Below, one piece after another: positions 57,051-64,000 of a stretch of 64,000 nt of DNA (the stretch's first letter is position 1; each line of letters starts with the position of its first letter). The DNA is taken from the NCBI RefSeq assembly GCF_009914755.1, contig NC_060939.1; one strand, written 5' to 3'. The notes beneath the pieces were generated by a model. That model saw nothing but the letters and a program-made list of their open reading frames with translations, did no database searches and was not told the DNA's origin. A program made the translations under genes and the position numbers. The DNA is from the human T2T-CHM13v2.0 reference genome, Homo sapiens.

Positions 57051-57842
57051 GTTCCCTCCATCTCATTTCCACCTCCCCAGTCTACTTTTTCTCCTCTTAC
57101 TCCATCTCCTTCTCTCCCAGTTTCCTTTCCGTTTCCCTAACATTTTTTCACAATTCTCAACAAGGCCCCTGCTTCCCATCCCAACCCACCATCTCTCTGA
57201 GGACTAACCCAACCAAGCGTGGAGAGGAAGAGGCTCCCTGTGAGGGCTGCACCAGTGTGGTCTTGAGCAGGAGCTGGGTCTTAGGATGTCAAGCAAGGAT
57301 GACAGGAGGAAGGAACAAGCCCTTCTCTCCTCCAGCTGCCCAGCCCTTCCCCCTTCCTCCCTCTGGCCCTAGGTTCCCAGAGCCTGAAGAGCAAAGCCTC
57401 AGAGAGTCCTCCCACCCTGGGACCCATGTAGGGGTGACCTTGCTGTCCCACAGGCATCCCTGCCTGCCAACCCAAAATATTACCTGCAGCCCCAGTGCTG
57501 GCCCCCTGAGGAGCAGGTAGGATTGGGGAACTGAAACTCAGCCATGAGACCCCAGAGATGGGCGATCCAGATGAAGCAGAGTAATCTCAGCCTTGGGAGC
57601 TGAGACAGCGAGAGAAAAAGGAACAAGCCCAGGCTTCTGTCCTGCATGTGTGCAGTTTTGAGTGTGAGGGTGAGGGTGGGAGCTAAAGATAATTCTATTT
57701 GGTATCAGTGACAGCTGCCAATAGCCACAGTGCTTGTAGATTGTAGGAACTGTACAAAAGTAGAAGTAAAAAAAAAATTAAGCCAATCTGTGTATGTGTG
57801 TATGTGTGTACGTATGGGTGTGTGTAAAAGCCAAATTTATAA

Positions 57843-58153
<311 letters not shown>

Positions 58154-58380
58154 TTATAAATGGCTTGCAACTACAGGTATATGCAATTACCGTGCCTCAA
58201 CAATAAATTATTGTTATATTTACTGTATAACATACAGCAGGTTAATTGTTGTGAGTTGTCATGTCCATACAGGAGTCTCTTTATATTCTAGTCATGCAGC
58301 CATTACCCAGCCACAACATTTCAAAGCTTCTCTTCGTCCTCTCACATATCCCCTGTTCATTTTCCTTCTTGGTCTCCTAG

Positions 58381-58382
58381 TT

Positions 58383-58419
<37 letters not shown>

Positions 58420-58678
58420 TCATAGACTATTGGGAAACAGTTTGGTTACATGAGTAAGTTCTTTAGTGGTGATCTGTGAGATTTTGGTGCACCCATCACA
58501 TGAGTAGTATACACTGCACCCAATTTGTAGTCCTTTATTCCTCACTCCCTTCCTACCCTTTCCCCCTGAGTCCATAAAGTCCACTGTGCCATTCTTATGC
58601 CTTTGCATCCTCATAGCTTAGCTCCCACTTATAAGTGAGAACATACGATGTTTGGTTTTCCATTCCTGAGTTACTTCA
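58381..58678 (-). mobile_element. L1PB 3' end
   Basis: Reverse complement closely matches 49274-49540. Confidence 0.9.
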
Positions 58679-59169
58679 ATCAAAACTTCAGGCAACATTG
58701 GAAGTACTTACAGAAATGCATTCTAGTTTCCTTTTCTCCTTCCCTTCTCTTCCTTTCCTAGTCTGCTCTTGCTGGTCTCTTTCTCATTTTCCCCTCCTTG
58801 TCCTCATCCTGTCCCTCTTCTCTCAACCCTGCTTTGGCCATCTTCCTTCCTCTTCTCACTTCCCTATTGCTCCACCAGTGCTGGCGTTAGGCCGCCCAAG
58901 TTTGCTCCTGTTAACCCTAGAATCTCAAGCAAGTTCCCCTCCCTTCTAAGCTCCAGTTTTCTCCTCTGTGGACAATCAGAGTAACTCATAGGATCACTAG
59001 GAAAACTAAACCAAGCCATCTCCATAAAGAAATTAGCTCAATGCCTGCTGCCACAAAGTTAGTACTCAATAAGGGAAAGCGATGATTATTTTTATTTTTC
59101 TTAAAATGTATTTTTTTAACTCTCCACATGGAAAAAACCTCCTACCAAATTTGAGAACCATGTCCTCCC

Positions 59170-60900
59170 TCTACTGACATTCAATTATCAAAGACTTATC
59201 AGGTGCCTACTCTATAGCTAACATGGGCTGGGCATGAGGGAGGCAAAAATTCATTTCCAGTCTTTCAAAAGCCCACAGTCTGGGGAAGATGAGAGCAGAC
59301 AGAAACATAAAAGACCATTCGAATCGTGAGTGTAGGCCAGACACAGTAGCTCACACCTGTAATCCCAACACTTTGGGAGGCCAAGGTGGGCAGATGCCCT
59401 CTATCTCCTCACTTGAGTCCAGGAGTTTGAGACCAGTCTGGGAAACATGGCGAAACCCTGTCTTTACAAAAAATTAGCCAGGCATGGTGGCTCATGCCTC
59501 CAGTCCCACTGCTTGGGAGGCTAAAGTGGGAGGACCACTTGAGCCCAGAAGCTCAAGGCTGCAGTGAGCTGTGATTGTGCCACTTCACTCCAGCCTGGGT
59601 GACACAGAAGACCCTGTCTCAAAATAAATAAATAAATAAAAATTTTAAAAAAGGATGATGAGTGCAGGGCTATGGTAGAAGGAGGGATGGAGAACTATGG
59701 AGGCAGAGGAAAGGCAGTCACCAAGCCTGCTTTGCAGAGTCAGCGAAGACCTCACAGATGGCAATTCTGAGTTGAGTCCTTTTAAAAGGAAAAGAAGAGC
59801 TTGCTAAATAAAACAAGGTAAGGACAAGTCAAAGGAACAGCGTGAGGAAAGGCCAAGTGTTGTGAAAGGGAAGGAAGGTTTGCGGAGCAGTGATAGTCAT
59901 GGCAAGCAGATCATACAGGCATAGGAAGAATGTGCAGTGATATGGGGCTGGCAAGGCAGGTAAGAGCTGGATTCTGAAAGACAGGATCATCTTCATCATT
60001 GTCCTCATTGTCACTGCCATTCACTGGGGACTTGGCCTTGTGCTAAGAACTTGACACGTGTTGTCTTATTCAGTCCTCACCAAAACTCTACGAGCAGGAA
60101 TTACCGTTATCCCCATTTTATAGATAAGGTGACAGAGAGCATTGCCATGGTCAAGATCCTGTGGTTGCTCCTGCAGGTTGCGGGGAGACAGAAGAGGTAT
60201 CTAAGTAGAATGGCACAATTAGAATTCAGCCCTCTTTTCCATTATCCTTGTTCCCTTTTGTCTCTCTGTGCCAGTCCAGGCTGTCAGGGATTTTAGGAAG
60301 GTTAATCTCACAGTTTGGGCTGGCACAAGAGGAGATGGAGGAGCAATGACAACTGGCAAATGGGGCTGAATTCTAGAAATGTTTCCATAGTTAAATATGC
60401 AGTCTATAAATGATCTGTATGGGCCAGACATGGTGGCTCATGCCTGTAATTCCAGCACTTTGGAAGGCCGAGGCAGATGGATTGCTTGAGCCCAGGAGTT
60501 AGAGACCAGCCTGGGCAACATAGTGAGACCCTGTCTGTTCAAGTAAAATAAAATAAAATAAATGGTCTGTGTGTTTGGATGCAGAACAAGGAGGAATCTG
60601 GGGTGACTTCCAGGTTTTTGCCTTGGGACACTGAGGGAATAGAGGTGCCACTATGATGATAAATACAGCAGTGAAGGGAAAAGGAGGAGAAGGTGGAGGG
60701 GCAGAAGAAGGAATTGGGATGAAAAAATAATGTATTTAGTTTGAACATGTGGGCTTAAAATGCCTCTTGATCATTGAAAACATCCTCACAGCACTAAAGA
60801 CAAAAAGACAGATTTGTAGACTTGGAATCATCAACATATAAGGAAGGAGTGAAGTCAAGGGGGAATGAATGACCTCACCCAGAAAGGACAAGAACAAAGA
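59170..60900 (-). mobile_element. L2 remnant interrupted by AluJ (+, 59335-59642), MIR (~60000-60240) and a FLAM-like monomer (+, 60422-60562)
   Basis: Purine-rich antisense L2 motifs resume after each insertion. Confidence 0.65.
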
Positions 60901-61320
60901 GAGGTGAGGAAAGGACAGAGGACGAGGAACAAGGACAGAGCTCTAGAGGGCGCTCAACTTCAAAAGAAAGGTCAGTGAAGGATCCATTGAAATGAAATGC
61001 TGTGGCCCTCCCTCTGTGACCTTTTCCCCTAGGCATCTAGTACAGTGCCCGGCACTGGGTAGGTACTCAAACTCCAGTTGAGTAAATAAAAGGAGAGAGA
61101 AAAGCAAGGTAGCTTTAAAGTAAGGAAGGAACATGTTTCCAAAAACATAACGATCAATAATATTTAATATTTAATTAGAATTTATTAATATTTGAAATAT
61201 ATAATGTTGCTAGGAGGTTACTATTTTTTAATATCTTTTCATGAGAGATTCTAAAAATAAATACTTGTTTCTAATTCTTACTCATGCTATACAAGAATTT
61301 AGATTACACACATTAAGTTT

Positions 61321-61695
<375 letters not shown>

Positions 61696-61879
61696 TAGTT
61701 AACTCTTTTCCTACTAAATGAAAATATTCAATATGCCACATATGAAAAAAATAAAATTCTCCCACCCACAAAAAAATCCTCCAGGGGCACAAAAAAAATC
61801 ATTTGTTCCCTCATTTTTAAATATTTCTGCATGATGAGACAATATAAAGGCACAATATAGGTTAAAATAAATCACTCTG

Positions 61880-62660
61880 TGGTTTCTCAAAAAAAGTGAA
61901 AACAGATCCACCATATGATCCAGCAATCCCACTTCTGGGAATACATCCAAAAGAAAGGAAATAAGTACCTTGAAGAGATATCTGTACTCCCCTGTTTATT
62001 GCAGCACTATTCACAATAGCCAAGATATGGAAGCAATAATATTTCTTCTTGAGGAATAAAATTTTTAAATGTGGTATTTATATACAATGGAATATTATTC
62101 AGCCATGAAAAAGAATAAAACTCTATCATTTGCAGCAACATGGATGGAACTGGAGGATATTATGTTAAGCAAAATAAGCCAGGCACAGAAAGACAAATAT
62201 CACATATCCTCTGTCATATGTGGGAGCTAAAAAAGTTGATCTCATGAAGGTAGAGAGGGAGAATGGTGGTTACCAGAGGTTAGGAAGGGGAAGAGGAAGA
62301 AGGGGGTGAAGGTAGGCTGGTTAATGGGTACAAACATACAGTCAGATAGAAGGAACAGGTTCTAGTATTTGATAACACGGTAGTATGACAATAGATAATG
62401 ATAATTTATTTTTTATTTATAATAAACGATATAGATATAAACGATAAAATAAACGATATAGATAATGATAATTTATTGTATCTCAAAATAGCTAGCAGAT
62501 TTGGAATGTTCCCAACACAAAGAAATGGTAAATGTTTGAGGTGATATATATGCTAATTACACATCGTATGCATATACCAAAATATCACATGTACCCCATA
62601 AATATGTGCAGTTATTACATATCACATAAAAAATAAAAAATACATTTAAAAAAATCAAAA
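61880..62660 (+). mobile_element. L1MA 3' end
   Basis: ORF2 end and 3' UTR; TSD AAATCACTCTG (61869-61879 / 62664-62674). Confidence 0.85.
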
Positions 62661-62999
62661 CTGAAATCACTCTGAGTTTACATTTTGTAGTAAAGGCCAG
62701 CATGGAGCAACAGCTGAGTAAAAGGGGATACTTCATGGGCACAGGTGTTGGTAATCCCACAAGAAAACCTGTGTTTCCTCATTTACTTTCTAACAAGACT
62801 TCAGCTTCCAATTAATGTTTTTCACCAGTTTTCTTTTCTTCAAAACAGCTAATTGTTAACCAGGGACCTGAGACACTCTCTTGCCTATAAACAAAACAAC
62901 TAGAAGGATACCTTTTTCTGTTCAGACAAATTTTAGCACTAAAAACATAACCCTCAAACCTCAGAGGGATAGCTCAGTGCAAACTGTTCATGTCTAAAG

Positions 63000-64000
63000 C
63001 ATAAATTGACCATAAACAATATATTGAATAGGTGCACTGTATACAAACCCCGTGAAAAAAATAAAACCAACTACTACCAAAGGAAGTGACAAAGACCTAC
63101 AAACCAAGAAGAAATGTACCTTTATGCTACTATCATTGGTCATTTAATAGGCATGCTAACAGAGTAAAAAATAGACATTTCAAACAACAAAAAAGAAAAT
63201 GTCACATCTCCCATTTCCAACTAACTCCCCCAAATTTATTTTTTAGCAAAAGGGGAATAATAAAGAATATTTGTGAAACCTTAGTCACCAAGATGAAAAC
63301 AGCAAAACAAAATAGGGATCTGGAGAAAAGAAACAGATCGTTCCAACCAGCCCACAGCTAAATTTCCACTTCATCTCACTAACCATTGAATGCTACCCAT
63401 CTACTCACCTCAACCCAGACTTAATCCTCTCCCCCAAAAGGAAGATTTCTCAGCAGTGCAGGAAGATCAAACAGGTATCCATTCCGTGACCATGCCAAGG
63501 AGAAAAGCAAGGCTACTCTGAAAGCTTGAGGGATGATACAGAAAACAAACTGGGTCTCTAGGGGGCATTCTCAAAAACCTGAGATCAACTCCTGGAAAAA
63601 CACTCTTGACCACTTACCACCACCGGAAGCTGCTAGATGGCAATCAGAATCAGCATCTCATCAGAAGAAGAGGAAGACCTTACAAGAAAGCAGCTTCACT
63701 GCCAGTGAGGAATTGAGGGAGAAAAGCACTCCTTGGAAAAATGCTGAAAGCCCTGAAGAGCCTCTCCTCCCCTAGTTGCCTGCTCCTGCTGACAGGACAG
63801 AACTGGTTAATCTTGGGGAAACAAAAGGAAACTCCCAAGAGGCTGGCTTCTGAGGATGGCTTCCTCTGTGGGAATCAAGAATTCAGGAGGATGAAAATGA
63901 ACAATGGAAGGGGACACCGGCTACCAGGCCTACTTACCAAACTTTTACCAGCCCTTGACTGAGGAAGATAAGCAAATCTCTTTGCAGTTCCCACCTGCTT
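63000..64000 (-). promoter_or_regulatory. Putative non-CpG-island promoter / alternative 5' exon region of ATP8B4
   Basis: Repeat-free. Three strong minus-strand donors (63409, 63618, 63938). ETS-type motifs AAAGGAAGTG (~63079-63088) and ACCGGAAG (~63622-63629). Confidence 0.5.
63409..63517 (-). other. ATP8B4: Probable non-coding 5' exon of ATP8B4; upstream boundary/TSS uncertain
   Basis: Consensus donor GAG|GTGAGT at 63409 in repeat-free sequence about 12 kb upstream of the ATG exon. A possible acceptor (ctttcag) lies at 63518-63519. Confidence 0.65.

Noticed and set aside
56286-57520. 150- and 171-aa ORFs in a GC-richer patch
   Set aside because: They overlap Alu/MIR and pyrimidine-rich low-complexity sequence and show no recognisable protein features.

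Overview
Primate (human-like) genomic DNA. I recognise it as the 5' end of ATP8B4, a P4-ATPase phospholipid flippase gene, on the minus strand. Two short coding exons with canonical splice sites (51225-51252 and 18438-18496) join in frame to give MFCSEKKLR/EVERIVKANDREYNEKFQYA, which I recall as the ATP8B4 N-terminus. A probable non-coding first exon has its donor at 63409, with further candidate 5' exons at 63.6-64.0 kb. The rest is intron filled with Alu, L1, L2, MIR, L3, MaLR/ERVL LTRs and hAT fossils; nearly all ORFs in the supplied track are repeat-derived or chance. I see no support for a new multi-gene system. The most notable items are: (1) a 1.7-kb palindromic AT-rich minisatellite enclosed by an inverted duplication inside a hAT fossil; (2) an L1 with a twin-priming 5' inversion and an apparent 3' transduction of an LTR fragment; (3) a start-codon exon that begins with GT (recursive-splicing-like), together with uORFs and a candidate in-frame microexon; (4) a perfect template-switch hairpin in an Alu monomer. 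Repeat subfamily calls are by eye, and boundaries of old repeats are approximate.
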